A stretch of DNA of 63,987 nucleotides, filler included, from Welwitschia mirabilis (lineage: Eukaryota): the NCBI GenBank assembly GCA_051453625.1. It is 7 parts of one record of this genome, joined end to end, with 100 filler letters (N's around TTAATTAATTAA, not from the genome) between each part and the next. Parts side by side here need not be neighbours in the genome. Positions count along the whole stretch, not along the records: positions 1 to 19,003 come from JBOZIK010000001.1; 6 more parts are not named here. One strand, written 5' to 3'. The number at the start of each line of letters is the position of its first letter. Within the stretch, counting starts at the first letter, position 1. A program made the translations under genes and the position numbers. The notes under the pieces are model-generated. The model saw nothing but the letters and a program-made list of their open reading frames with translations, searched no databases and was not told the DNA's origin. This document shows, piece by piece, positions 1 through 12,549 of the stretch.

Positions 1-1038
1 AAAATATATGCATGAGAACTATAAAAATGATAGTTCTTACTATGACCTAAAATAATGGAAGAGGGTTTCAAGAAAATTCAAGAGTATCCAAAACAGAAAA
101 AAGAAAAGGAAAACCTATGATTTACAAACTAACAAGGTGATCCATTTTGATTAACTTAAATTTATGTTCAATAAAGTTTACAGTTTCAGCAATACAAACG
201 TGCCTTGATCAAGAGAGATTTCATATCATTTTTATACTTTTTACCTTGCTTTTCTTAGTAGTTCACTTCTATAGTTATGGAATCCCAGTAAAGGGTTTCT
301 TATCTAAAGTTTGCATCACCTTGTTATGCTAGCAAGATTTTTAATTTTACTATTTAACAAGTAAAGCTCAAACCTTATATTTACTTCAAGTTTAAGAACA
401 ATTGCCTTAAAATCTTTAAATTTGAGACATCTTGGGTATTTTTCAGAAATTTTAAGTTCTGGAATTAGCAAATAGATGTTGGAAAAATAACAAGTTTGAA
501 AATTGACATTCAACTAAAAATAAGAAAGGATTATAGAAAATAGGCATAATTTACAATAACATAAATTTTAGCAACAAGACCTAGATTAACTATCACAAGG
601 AAGAAAAAGGAGTGTGAACCATATTCAAACTTTAGAAAAAGTGTAGTTCCTAAGGTTTTAAAGCCTTCTTCTTAATTTTCAAAGTTCAAAAAGCTAAAGA
701 AGTTATTGAGAAGAATAGAAAAAGGACAAGGGCATCAAGATTGAACATATTTATAAAGAAGAGTTGATGAAGTATCACTTTTATAAGAGATCACTTCACT
801 TTGCCTAGACCTCCTCCTTCTCAAACATAACCTTTTGAGAAAAATTAAAAAATAAAATATTTATTAAATAAAAATAAATTAATAACTTTAAATAAATACT
901 TATAAATTTAGCAAATTTGAGATGAATAATTTCTCATAATAATTAACCACGTATCTTATTCATTAACCTTAAAACTTTTATTTTGTATGATTAATTTATG
1001 TTAAAAATTATTTTTCTTTGGAGAGTGTGGACATGACA
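1..1038 (-). repeat. 3' LTR (partial) of the chromovirus
   Basis: Aligns by eye with 8488-9482. Starts TGTCA on the minus strand immediately after the purine tract AGGGAGGATAGAAT. Confidence 0.85.
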
Positions 1039-1084
1039 ATTCTATCCTCCCTAAGAAGTTTCCTCTTAAAAATGTGCACAAAGT

Positions 1085-4000
1085 TTAGGTTTTCTACTAT
1101 AAAATGTTTATTTCAGAATTCCAAGTTGCTTTTGCTTCAGTTTGACTTAACCAATGCACTTTATATGGTTGAATTTTCCTCCCTCATAAGTTTAACTTGC
1201 TTTTTTTCTAGAATTCTAACTGGTTAAAACTTAAATATACAATCACATTGAATATTTCTTTCTTGCATAAGAATTATTTTTTTCATATTAGACATGCATT
1301 TTCTTAATAATGAAACATGAAAGACGTTATGAAGTGCTAATAATTGTGGTGGTAAAGCTAACTCATAAGCCATAAGACCAATCATTCGTATTATCTGATA
1401 TGATCTTATAAATCTTAGTGCCAACTTTTCATTCTTTCCAAGATAAAATATTCTTTTAAAATGAGATATATTAAGGAAAATAAGATCTTCTTTCTAAAAT
1501 TCTATATGCCTTCTTTTCCTATTTGCATATTTAGCTTGACTACCTTTTACTTTTTGTATTCTTCACTTGATTAAACTAACTGTTTTTTTAATTCTTAAAT
1601 AGATGAAATCTTTAATAGCTTCTTATTAGCTATATCAACTTAAGATATTAGTGTTCTACAAACTCTTCCATAAAGAGCTTTAAATAGTGCATACCTAATG
1701 GATTTCTGGTAACTATTATTATAGGTAAACTCAACTAAGGTTTTTTAATTATTTTAAGGATGAAATGTTATGCTTAAGTTTAATTTAGTACCAAACTCCT
1801 CATTAAATGTTGTCTAAACTCTGGATGTAAACTTACTATTCCTATTTGAAATAATCACTTTAGGAATTTTGTATTATTTTGCAATTCCTTTAGATTAAAA
1901 AAATTGTTTTGATTAGCTAAAAATCTGCACTTTTATTAAGAGATTAACTACCACAATTATGATATCAAATCCTTATTTTGATCTAGGTAAACCTATAATA
2001 AAATCCACCTAATGATCTTCCATTTTCATTTCGGCACTTTATGAGGATATAAAGTTCTTGTTAGGTGCCTATGATCTGCTTCAACTAGCTAATAAGTCAT
2101 ACGTTTTTCCACATTATTAGCTATTTTTGATTTCATTCATATCCACCGATAGTATTGCTTGACATCTCTACATATTTTGATAACTCCTAGGTAAATAGAG
2201 TACTTGGGTATATGAAATTCATTGAAAATCATCTTTTTAATATGCTTAATATTAGGTATTATAATTTTCTCCAAATGGTTTACTAAATCCATTTTAGAGG
2301 TATTAAATCCTTCTATTCCTTTTTCTCTAACCTTCTTGCATAAGGGATAATTTTGCTGAGTATCACCTATTATCTCATAAAAATTAGTATTTACATTAGG
2401 CTATAAATTGTATGTTTTCTTTTACTTAAAGCATCTACCATCACATTTGCTTTACTTACATGGAAATTTTCTATTATACCATACTCTTGCAAAAACTTCA
2501 ACCATGTTCTCTAGTGAAGATTAAGGTTGGGTTAGGTACGAATATACTTCAATCTTGTATGATTTTCTAGATTTTTACATGCTCTTCATAATGGTAATGC
2601 CTCCAAACTTTTAGTGCATGAATTAATGCAACTAAATTTAGATTATAAACTGGATAATATCTTTTATAATCCTTAATTTTTTAAAGGCAAATGTAATAAA
2701 TTTACAATCTTATATTAAAAATACTCTAGTTCTTTCTCCGAATGCATTAGAATAAACAACATAAGGCTTCCTTGGTTTTGACATCTTTAGGACAGAAGCT
2801 GAAGTATCAACTGAATTTAATATTTAAAAAGCTCCTTCACATCAATCATTCCACATGAATCGATTATGTTTTCTTAATAGAGAGGTTAAAGAAAAAGAAA
2901 TTTTAGAAAAATTGGTAATAAACCTTCTATAATAATCTTCAAGACTAAGAAAATTCCTTACTTCTGTCATTAATTTTGGTCTAAGTCAGTCCATCATTGC
3001 ATTAACCTTATTATAATTTATACTAACTTCTTATTGTGATATCACATGATCTAAAAATTTAATTTTTGATAGCCAAAACTCACACTTTTTTAGATTTGCA
3101 TAAAATTAATCTCTTCTTAAGGTATCCAACACTATTCTTAAATATTGTTTATGGCCTTACTTTGTTAAAGAGTATACTAGTACATCATTAATAAAAACTA
3201 TTACAAATTCATCTAGGTATTTTCTAAATATATTATTCATTACTACTATAAATGTTATTGGAGCATTGATGAGACCAAAAGAAACAACTTTGAATTTAAA
3301 ATTTTCATACTAGATTCTAAAAGAAGTTTTGAAAATATCCTCTTCCTCAGTTCAAAGCTAGTGCTATCATGATTTAAGATCAATCCTAGAGAATATTTTT
3401 ACATACTTTAGTTGATCAAATAAGTCTTTTATTCTTGGTAAGGGATATCTATTCTTGATTGTTACTTAATTTAACATTTTGTAATATACACAAAGCTTAG
3501 ACCTTCATTCTTTGTTTTGATAAATAAGACTAATGCACTCCAAGGAGATAACTTAGCCCGATCAGATTCTTATCTACTAAGGTTGTTAGATATGCTTTTA
3601 GTTCTACTAACTCAATTAGAGACATTTTGTAAGGGGCTATAGTAATGGGTTCTACACTAGGTTTTAAAAATATTTCAAAATCATCTCCCTTGCTAGAAGG
3701 GCATTTTGGTAATTCATCTGAAAACACCTCCATATACTCTTGCAATACTGAAAGTTATAAAATTTTTGGCTAAGATTAAAAGGAGGATAAGTATTTTACT
3801 AATTTAAATGCATTCTTTCTTTTGACTTTTCTTACTAGTTGCTTGCCTTTAGTTAGATTTAACATAATAAGACTAAACTTAATTAGCAACTGCATTATCT
3901 CATTGCTAGGATTTAAAATTATAACTTTTATAAAGAAGCAATCTATTTGAGCCTTTTTCTCCTATAGCTAATTAATGCCTAGAATGATATCAAAGTAGCC

Positions 4001-5650
4001 CAATTCTAAAACTAAAAGTTGCACTTGAAATGTATGACCAGCAATGCCATAATTACATATACAAGTTGTACTAAGAGTTTTGATTTTATTTCCATACAGA
4101 AGTTCCATTTCTAATTGCTTTCTATTCTTAATTATAGGAAAAAATCTTTAGGCTAAAAAAAGGAAATAAAGGATTCTCATGCTTTTGGATCTAATAAAAT
4201 TCTTACAAGGAGTTCTAATAATATACATGTGGTTTCTAATATTTTTAGAGGTTGAATACCTTCATCAAAAATTAAAGCATATAATTTTCTAATACTGTTG
4301 GGGGTCTCTTCTCTTTTCTTTTTTGAGGGTGGTTTCTGACTATATGAGGACCTCCATAATTATAACATCCTCTCTCTCTAGAATTTTTAGTTGTATTTTC
4401 TAATGAAGATTCTAATTTTGGCTGGCCTAAAGGTTTACTCCTTCCTTGAAAATGTTGGGACTTTATTACATTGACCTTAACTATCTTAAATCTAATATTA
4501 TTCATAACTAGTCCTAGATGCTTCAATAATGGCCTTTTTATTAGCTGCATCTGTCTACTCTCTTAAAGTGTCCTTTTCCTTTCCTGAAAGTTCTTACCCC
4601 TAATCCATAATTCTTTACTAAGTCTAATCTTCTCTAAAGCTTNNNNNNNNNNNNNNNNNNNNNNNNNNNNNNNNNNNNNNNNNNNNNNNNNNNNNNNNNN
4701 NNNNNNNNNNNNNNNNNNNNNNNNNNNNNNNNNNNNNNNNNNNNNNNNNNNNNNNNNNNNNNNNNNNNNNNNNNNNNNNNNNNNNNNNNNNNNNNNNNNN
4801 NNNNNNNNNNNNNNNNNNNNNNNNNNNNNNNNNNNNNNNNNNNNNNNNNNNNNNNNNNNNNNNNNNNNNNNNNNNNNNNNNNNNNNNNNNNNNNNNNNNN
4901 NNNNNNNNNNNNNNNNNNNNNNNNNNNNNNNNNNNNNNNNNNNNNNNNNNNNNNNNNNNNNNNNNNNNNNNNNNNNNNNNNNNNNNNNNNNNNNNNNNNN
5001 NNNNNNNNNNNNNNNNNNNNNNNNNNNNNNNNNNNNNNNNNNNNNNNNNNNNNNNNNNNNNNNNNNNNNNNNNNNNNNNNNNNNNNNNNNNNNNNNNNNN
5101 NNNNNNNNNNNNNNNNNNNNNNNNNNNNNNNNNNNNNNNNNNNNNNNNNNNNNNNNNNNNNNNNNNNNNNNNNNNNNNNNNNNNNNNNNNNNNNNNNNNN
5201 NNNNNNNNNNNNNNNNNNNNNNNNNNNNNNNNNNNNNNNNNNNNNNNNNNNNNNNNNNNNNNNNNNNNNNNNNNNNNNNNNNNNNNNNNNNNNNNNNNNN
5301 NNNNNAAATCCTTGCTTGAGACTATAGAACTCTTTTGTCATTGCATTTTTATAAAATTATGATATGTACCTAGCTCAAAATCTAGCCTCAAATTCTTTCT
5401 ATATTAGTTGATCTAGAAATTGGAGTCTTGTCTTTTTTGCTTTCCACCATAGTAAGACACCCTTCTTTAGTTGGTGAGTTGACAAGATAACATTTTACTC
5501 TGAAGTAAAATTAAATAGTTCTAATTCTCTTGATATGGATACTAACCATGCTTTAGCCTTAGTTGCATTATCTGATCCTTAAAAAATGAGAGGATTTGTT
5601 TATATGAATTGCATCATCAATTTCTTAGATAGTTCTGCATCATCCCTTCC
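1085..5650 (-). pseudogene. Degenerate gag-pol polyprotein with C-terminal chromodomain
   Basis: Motifs: APYKMSLIELVELK (pre-RT), RIDLKS and FINDVLVYS (RT), AYELALPPQLLALHNVFHVSLLRK (integrase C-terminus), IKVHW...ATW (chromodomain), CYNYGGPHIVRNH (gag knuckle remnant). Many stops and frameshifts; gap at 4643-5305. Confidence 0.85.
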
Positions 5651-5806
5651 ATTATTTGTCTCTTATAATTCAGAATTAAGTTGTTAACCACATTAGCTAG
5701 TGATCTAACTTTAAAAGAAAAAAATTACTTCTCTTCTAGATATCATCGATTAAATCTTGTTAGGCCTTAAATTTTGCTATTAGTAAATAAAATTTATTAA
5801 CCTAAG

Positions 5807-5818
5807 GCTTTGATACCA
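5807..5818 (-). promoter_or_regulatory. Primer binding site, initiator tRNA-Met type
   Basis: Reverse complement is TGGTATCAAAGC (canonical TGGTATCAGAGC), next to the LTR edge. Confidence 0.8.
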
Positions 5819-5821
5819 ATA

Positions 5822-8800
5822 GATAATGGCCTTGACCCTTATAAGGTCTAAGTAAATTTTATTAAACATTGACTGAATTAATATTATTTGGTAAAGCTTA
5901 CAAAATACACTCTTAGTATTATAATACTACTTACTTATTTATTAAAAATTTCTAAAAAGACTTAAGTGATTAGAATCCTTTTTATTTCTAGCTATTATTA
6001 GGGTTTTACAATAAAATAAGCATTAAGATTCTTTTAAAAGAATTAATGACAAAATAAATTCTCCCTTTTAAGATTTAACTTAAAATTTCCTATTTAAAGT
6101 AATTTCATTTATGAGATTATTTAATTAAGGAAATACGTCTCTACTAAATGCACACTTGTGACTTGAAGCCCTAGATTACAGTAGCATTTGTAGTAGTAAA
6201 GAAGGTAATGATTCCCCATTTTTAGTTATGGGACTAAATCTTTCCTAAATCCACAATTGTTATTTAAAGCCATAGCTTACAAGAGCATTTGTGGAAGTAA
6301 AGAAGGTGATGATTCCCTATTTTTAATTAAGAGATTACATCTCTCCTAGATGCTCTTTTACTGCTTTAAGCTATGGCTTACAAGAGCATTCAGAAAAGTA
6401 AAGGAGGTGATGATTTCCTGTTTTTAATTAAAAGATTACATCTCTTCTAAACCCACATTTGCTACTTAAAGTCGTTACTTAGAAGAGCATTTGTACAAGT
6501 AAAGAAGATGATGATTCTTTACTTTACCATGAATACATTTTTAGTTGGTGTTAGATTTTCTTCCCATAACTCAATTCATTTAAAGGTTTACACTTTTGTT
6601 AAAACCCACTTTTACCCCTTTTAATTTAGCTTCCAAAAATTTAGGCACTTCTAAAAGTAATACTAAAAGTGCTTATTGGGTTTAATTAATGTAAAATTTC
6701 CAATTTTCATTTGTTACAAAGATTCTCTCAAAGGATAAACTATAAATTTAATATAGATTTGAAAATAAATTAGGAGCCTACTACACTTACATTAAATAGA
6801 GCACAATAGTATATTACTTAAAGCATAACAATATATTACTCAAAACTAGAAAATCCATTCCTTTAGAGCTATAATATCTATATATAAAGAGCATTTCTAC
6901 AGTCTTAAAATAATTTCTAGGATTAAATATTTTAACTTGCTTTAGAAACACTCTGATAGGACAACATTCATTTAACATAAAATAGACCTAAATAAGAGTC
7001 TAATTCATATCCAAAACTAAATATTATCACTAAAACAGATTATAACTAGATACCCATTAATTGAAAGGAATTAAACAAAACTAAATCTTCCATTTTTAAG
7101 GTAAAAATCACTACAAAAATTAAATTAATCAAGAAATACATTTTTATATTACAAACTTATTGTGTTATTAACGTTGCTATTTTTAAATAGTTTGAAAAGC
7201 AAATAAATCTAATCAAAGCTAGCAAAATTAAATTTTAATATGATAGAAAGCAATAAGAGAAAAATTAAAAGTGGAAGGTTAATTTTTACAAACCATTACC
7301 AAAGTCCTATAAGTAGGGCTAAATTAAAAGAATAAATTACAAGGCCAAAAACTAAGTCCTATAAGAAGGACTTTACAGGAAATAAATTCTAAACTATAAT
7401 AGCATTAAAAAAAAAAACTATAATGCATCTATAATGGAGAGACCATTAGCATAATTTCTAAATGCCTTTTTACTCTTTTAATAAGCATTACAAATGTTCA
7501 AACAATTCTAAAAGCTATTTTAAAAGGCTTTTATAAGCATAAGAAGGGCTAAAATAATGGATGCACATATAATAAAAAATTCCACAGCACTAATCTTAAT
7601 TCATTTTATCCCTTTAATGAGTATTTTAAAAGCTTAAGTACTTTCAAAAGCTATCTTAAAGAAGTTATAAGTTAAGAAAGGCTGAAGAATAATAAAATAA
7701 ACGAGTGCTAGAAAAAGACAGTAAGAAATTATATAGAGAAAAATGGGGGAGTTTTAGAATCTTAGAGGCGAAGGTGATTGAGAACTTTGGAGGGGATTGA
7801 GAACTTTAAGAGAGTGTTAAGAAATTTTAGGGGGACAAAGTGGGGTCAAGCGAGGGATTGAGAATCTTGGGAGGGGAATTGAAAACTTCAGATTGGGCAA
7901 CAGAGGTAAGGTGGATTTAAGGACTTTGATGAGGATGAAAACTTTGGGTTGGAGGGAAGGAAACTAAGAAACTTGAGGGGTTGGGGAAGAAGTAGAGGGG
8001 AAAAGACTTTAGATGGGGGAAGGAGAAGTTAAGAACTTTTTTTGATGTTAGGGGAGGAAGTGAGGAGGGGGGGGTTTGTTTGAGAAATTCAGGAGGAGGA
8101 GGGTTCAGAAGTTAGAGAAAGAAGGTAGAAAATTATCAAAAGACTCAAAATTTTCTACTAGTTATTTATATAAGTAAATTAAAACTTACAAAAAGAAAAA
8201 GATACATAGAGTAAAGTATTTCAAGCAAATGGTAAATGTAAGAGTTTCCATTAAATAGTACACAATTTCACTATACAAATCTATTAGAGGTTTGCATTTT
8301 TTCTGGACATGCATTACAAAATTGATCCATAAAATAATTTTTATAGCGATGAATAACAACATATGAGGTTTTTACATTTTGATGATTACAAGACCTCAAA
8401 ATTTAAGAAGAAGATAGCAGATTATTTTTTAAAGTTCTACTACCACCACTTGATGACCAATTCGTATGTAGCTTCTACACCTATAAGAAAATATATGAAT
8501 GACAACTATGAAAAACATAGTTCTCAGTATGTCCTAGGATGAGAGGAAAGGGATTTGAGAAGATCCAAGAGTATCTAAAATAGAAACAAGAGGAGGAATA
8601 TCCATGATTTACAGACTAAGAAGGTGGTCCGTTTTAATTAACTTAAGGTTATGTTCAGTAAAGTTTTTAGTTTTAACAATATAGGTTTACCCTAACTAAG
8701 AGGGATTTCATATAATTTTTGTGCAATTTTCCCTACTCTTCTTAAAAGTTTGCTTACATGATTATGAAAGCCCAATAGAGGATTTCTCCTCTAAAGTTTA

Positions 8801-9482
8801 CACTACCAAGTTACCCTGGCCAAATTTTTTATTTTACTATTTAACAAGTAAAGCCCAAACCTTAGCTTTACTTCAGGGGCCAAGAAAAATTAGCCTAAAA
8901 TCTTTAGATTTGATAAAATTTGGGTAATTTTTAAAAATTTTTGATTCTAGAATTAGTCAATAGAGGTTGGAAAAACAATAAGTTTCAAAATAAATAATCA
9001 ACCGAGAATAAGGAAAGATTGCAGAAAATAGGCAGAATTTACAAGAACAAAAATTTTAGCATCAACAACTTGATTAACCACCATGAAAAAAAAAAGGAGT
9101 TTGAACCATATTTAAACTTGTAAAAAAAAAAAAGTTTAGATCCCAAGGTTTGATATCCTTCTTCTTAATTTGAAAATCCCAAAAAGTTAAAGAAGTTCTT
9201 GAGAAGAATAGAAAAAGGACAAAGTTTTCAAGATTTAACATATTTATAAAGAAGAGTTGATTAAGTGTAACTTTTACAACAGTCCACTATAATAAAATGA
9301 AAATATTTCTTAAATAAAAAGTAATGAATAGTTTTAGATAAACACTTTAGCAATTTCAAGATAATTAATTTCTCATAGTAATCACTCATCTATGTTATTC
9401 CTTAATCTTAAAACTCCTATTTTATATGATTAAGTTATGTTAAAAATAATTTTTCCTTGGTCATGAGAGTATGGGTGTGACA
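5822..9482 (-). repeat. 5' LTR (~3.66 kb) of the chromovirus
   Basis: Lies between the PBS and the GGGTGTGACA terminus at 9482; its distal kilobase matches 1-1038. The inner boundary is approximate. Confidence 0.75.
6170..6525. repeat. Tandem repeat, ~101-bp unit x ~4, within the LTR
   Basis: AGCATTTGTNNAAGTAAAGAAGGTGATGATT-like core recurs at ~6183, 6284, 6385 and 6486. Confidence 0.85.
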
Positions 9483-11029
9483 ATATACTTTTTAAAAGAA
9501 ATTGAAAAATGATAATGAAGCTATTATTTGTAAAATGATTCAAAAATAACTATTGAAAAATAAATAAGTTAGAAATATTTAGGAAGAATCTCTTTTTCCT
9601 CACAAAAATTATAAAACATAGGATTATTAAAATGATATCAAATGCCTACAATAGTATCACAATGATAAATGTCCACTTTAGTTGTAAACACAAAACAAAA
9701 ATAGAGTAAGGAGAAAAGGTAAGTAATAAACATATTAAATATAAAATGAAATGCAAAACTAGTCACTTGTTTTTAATGATTAATGTTATTCAACTAATAG
9801 AAACTTTAATGGAAAAAGGAAAACTAAATAAACATTTATTAGTAAGTATTAAAATGAAGTAGGAAATCAAATTAAGGATTGAGTGTTTAAGAATTACACT
9901 CTTTAGGAATTGTTCTTATTAGATTATTAAGATTAAAGGAATCTAATGAAAATCTTAACAATATATACTTTTCACTTGAAATTTCTAAAAATGATACATT
10001 GATTAGAATATAACTTATTTATTTGTGTATTATTATTGATATATTATCTAAATCATGCATAAGTGATAACATATCATTAAATATTAGTTATATTTTTCAA
10101 ATTCAAATCTTTTTAGAGATAACTAACTTTCACTAGAATTTCACTGAGGGTGAAAGTTGATAATTTCTTAATTGATACTTTAACTTTCAAAGTTTGCTTA
10201 GGTTGCTCTGAGACTTCTCTCATTAAACCTTAGGTTATTCCATTAACTTTTTCTTGAATTTTAGGTCTTTGATAAAACTTCACTTTATCCTTACTTATCA
10301 GACTTTCTTACTCCCACTTTTGCTTAGAATTCTCTCATGTTATGTGTGGCAAAATCTTACATACTTCATAAAAATGTAAATGGTAGAAATTTGAATGGAG
10401 TCAAATTCAATGAACTTTTACTAAAAATTAACTTTATAAAAATAACCATCATTCTTTTAGGGAAAATCATCATAGCTTATTATAAATTTTCATTGTTCAA
10501 TTCCCATCAAATTTGGGACTCTACATCTTTAAAAAACATAAAAAAAAATGCCTATGAATTATGATTTTCCATCATCTAGCAATAGATTTAATCCAGTATT
10601 CAAAGAATTAAATCCAATTACTTATTTTCTTACTATTTAGAAGCCTTAACATTTGTGAAGTTTACTTCTCATTAAATAATCTAAATTCATTTTTAAAAGG
10701 AATTAACGCAATTGTTCATTACATGATTAATTTACATATCATTAAGGTGTCATCTAGTGTGCATGATATTCCTTCTTTATATAGCTTTTCATATGGTTAG
10801 TGTAGTTTCTTAATGATTGTTGAAATTCATTTAGTTAACAAAACAAAATAACTAATTATTTTTCTTCTTTAATTTAATCATTAGTTAAGTTATATTGCTT
10901 TTATTTAAATTTTGATGTAAAGCTATCCCCACTGAGCTCCTTGGCCCTTATTTTTTCCTTTAAAATTAAACATGAACTCCAACTGAATACATTGGTTCTT
11001 CCTTTTGGCTACATAGCCAGATATGAGCT

Positions 11030-11330
11030 TACTTCTAGAACTTTGATAGCCTATTCTATCTCTAAGGTTAAATATTAGCTTTCTTTTACAATCTTGGTGT
11101 CTTGTATGATCTCAAATATAAGTATTTTCTTCATTTGAGAACCTTCACACTCTATCCAGTCTCCAACACTAAGTATTCACCCCCTTTTAGAATCTTGATG
11201 CCTTATGTAGCCTCCAAAGTTAATTACTAATTCCCTTCTAGAACCTTGACACTCTACATAGCGTTAAAGGTTAATTACTAGCTCCCATTCAAATCTAGAT
11301 GCTTAAATATAATTACTCTAAAAATTATTA
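11030..11330. repeat. Degenerate minisatellite, ~51-bp unit x ~6
   Basis: GAA(C/T)CTTGA-like cores at 11038, 11089, 11139, 11190, 11241 and 11291. Confidence 0.6.
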
Positions 11331-11830
11331 TCACCTTGCTGTCATGATTCTAATTTAATTAATGCTTAATTATTTTGATCTACTTTAAAGTGCTCTTTAT
11401 AATGTTAGGCTTAACCTCCCTAGCTTATTACCATCCCTAGTTTGTGTACTTACTTTGATATTTTGGATACAAAAATATCATCATCTCTCTCATAAGTGAT
11501 ATTATAATAATTGATCTATTACATTAAAAAAGTAAAAATGCATTTTTTTTAAAAAAAGTATATATATTAAACTAGTAAATCTACATCAAGGGACAACAAT
11601 GCTTGAGCGTTACAAAAGCATTGAAATGTTTATAATAGCAAGGACAGTAAACTAAACTAAAAAGGGGGCGAAACCACCCCTTAAGAAATGACATAACAAG
11701 AAGTTGCCTAAAGGGGTGCAAGCACTAATAAAAATAACCATACAAAAGGACTTAAGACCACTAAAGATTGGGGGCGAAACTGCCGTTAGAAACTAGAACT
11801 TACAAAAAAATCGGAATACTAGGAAAAAGA

Positions 11831-12081
11831 CTAAAAAAAAAAGAGGAGACCAGCCCTATACAATCCTCTGCAGAAAGGAAACATGCTATTATAATTGTGC
11901 TCGAGTAGAAATCTGCCCAGGTCATCTGAGAGCACGTCAAAAGCTTGATTGATTTCCTTGAATTCTTCAGCACTAGCTGGGTTCTTATCTAGATGAAGGC
12001 GGAGAGCTTTCTTTCTATACGTCAACTTTAAAGCCTGGGGTAGAGCTTAGTGAAAGAGACACGGAGTAACGAATAGGCATC
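11831..12081 (-). pseudogene. DnaJ/Hsp40 J-domain coding segment at the 3' end of the LINE reading frame
   Basis: Reads DAYSLLRVSF (adjacent frame) then ALPQALKLTYRKKALRLHLDKNPASAEEFKEINQAFDVLSD. This matches the J-domain consensus DyYevLgv..a...eikkAYrklAl..HPDkn....eefkeineAyevLsD. HPD reads HLD (CTA for CCA). Confidence 0.85.
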
Positions 12082-12089
12082 TTTTCAAA

Positions 12090-12545
12090 CCCTGTATCAT
12101 CACTAGAAGAACCTCCCTTTTGGTTATATTCATGTTAATATCTTGAGTTTGGAGTTGGAGTTCCGAATAAGAGGAATCAGATGTAGAGCTTTGGGTGGAA
12201 CTAGGGCCTGAAGCTAAAGAAGAAGTGTGCTAGGCATGCCCACCTTATTCCTGGGAAGGGTGAGCTGAGGAAGAAGGGCCTGAAGCTAGGAAGGAATGGG
12301 AAGGAAACTGAGCTTGAGCTGGTCTAGGGAGATGCTCCTAGGGAGATTTCTGTTGGTCTAGGGATGAATGCGGTCCTTCTGGATGAGCTGGGAGTGAAGA
12401 TGACCACCTATTGCTAGGGCTGGAACGAGTTGCTATTTCTTCAAGAATAGGGTTTCTAGCTGCGGAGGAACTTCTGGAATAAGTTATCTTAGGGATGGTC
12501 TAATGAGGACAGTGACAAGGAGGAGGGGGAGGGACCTCTCTGGCT
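12090..12545 (-). pseudogene. Pro/Ser-rich low-complexity linker, in frame with LINE ORF2 and the J-domain
   Basis: EVPPPPPCHCPH*...HSFLASGPSSSAHPSQE*GGHA*HTSSLASGPSSTQSSTSDSS; LASGPSS occurs twice. Confidence 0.65.
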
Positions 12546-12549
12546 CAGG

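Larger units (their letters stand above)
1..9482 (-). mobile_element. Ty3/gypsy chromovirus (Tekay/Del-like) LTR retrotransposon, degenerate; 3' LTR runs off the window start
   Basis: Minus-strand gag-PR-RT-RH-INT-chromodomain remnants at ~1085-5650. Met-type PBS at 5807-5818 and PPT at 1039-1052. Segment 1-1038 is homologous to 8488-9482 (paired LTRs; both read TGTCA at their minus-strand start). Confidence 0.9.

Noticed and set aside
6170-6525. CRISPR-like repeat-spacer pattern (also 41060-41310)
   Set aside because: The whole units, including would-be spacers, are homologous; the context is eukaryotic LTR DNA with no cas genes.
11831-12025. Independent host DnaJ gene or processed pseudogene
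   Set aside because: There is no ATG or promoter of its own and no G/F-rich or C-terminal DnaJ region. It is in frame with LINE ORF2 and inside the tail/TSD. A one-off capture is not excluded.
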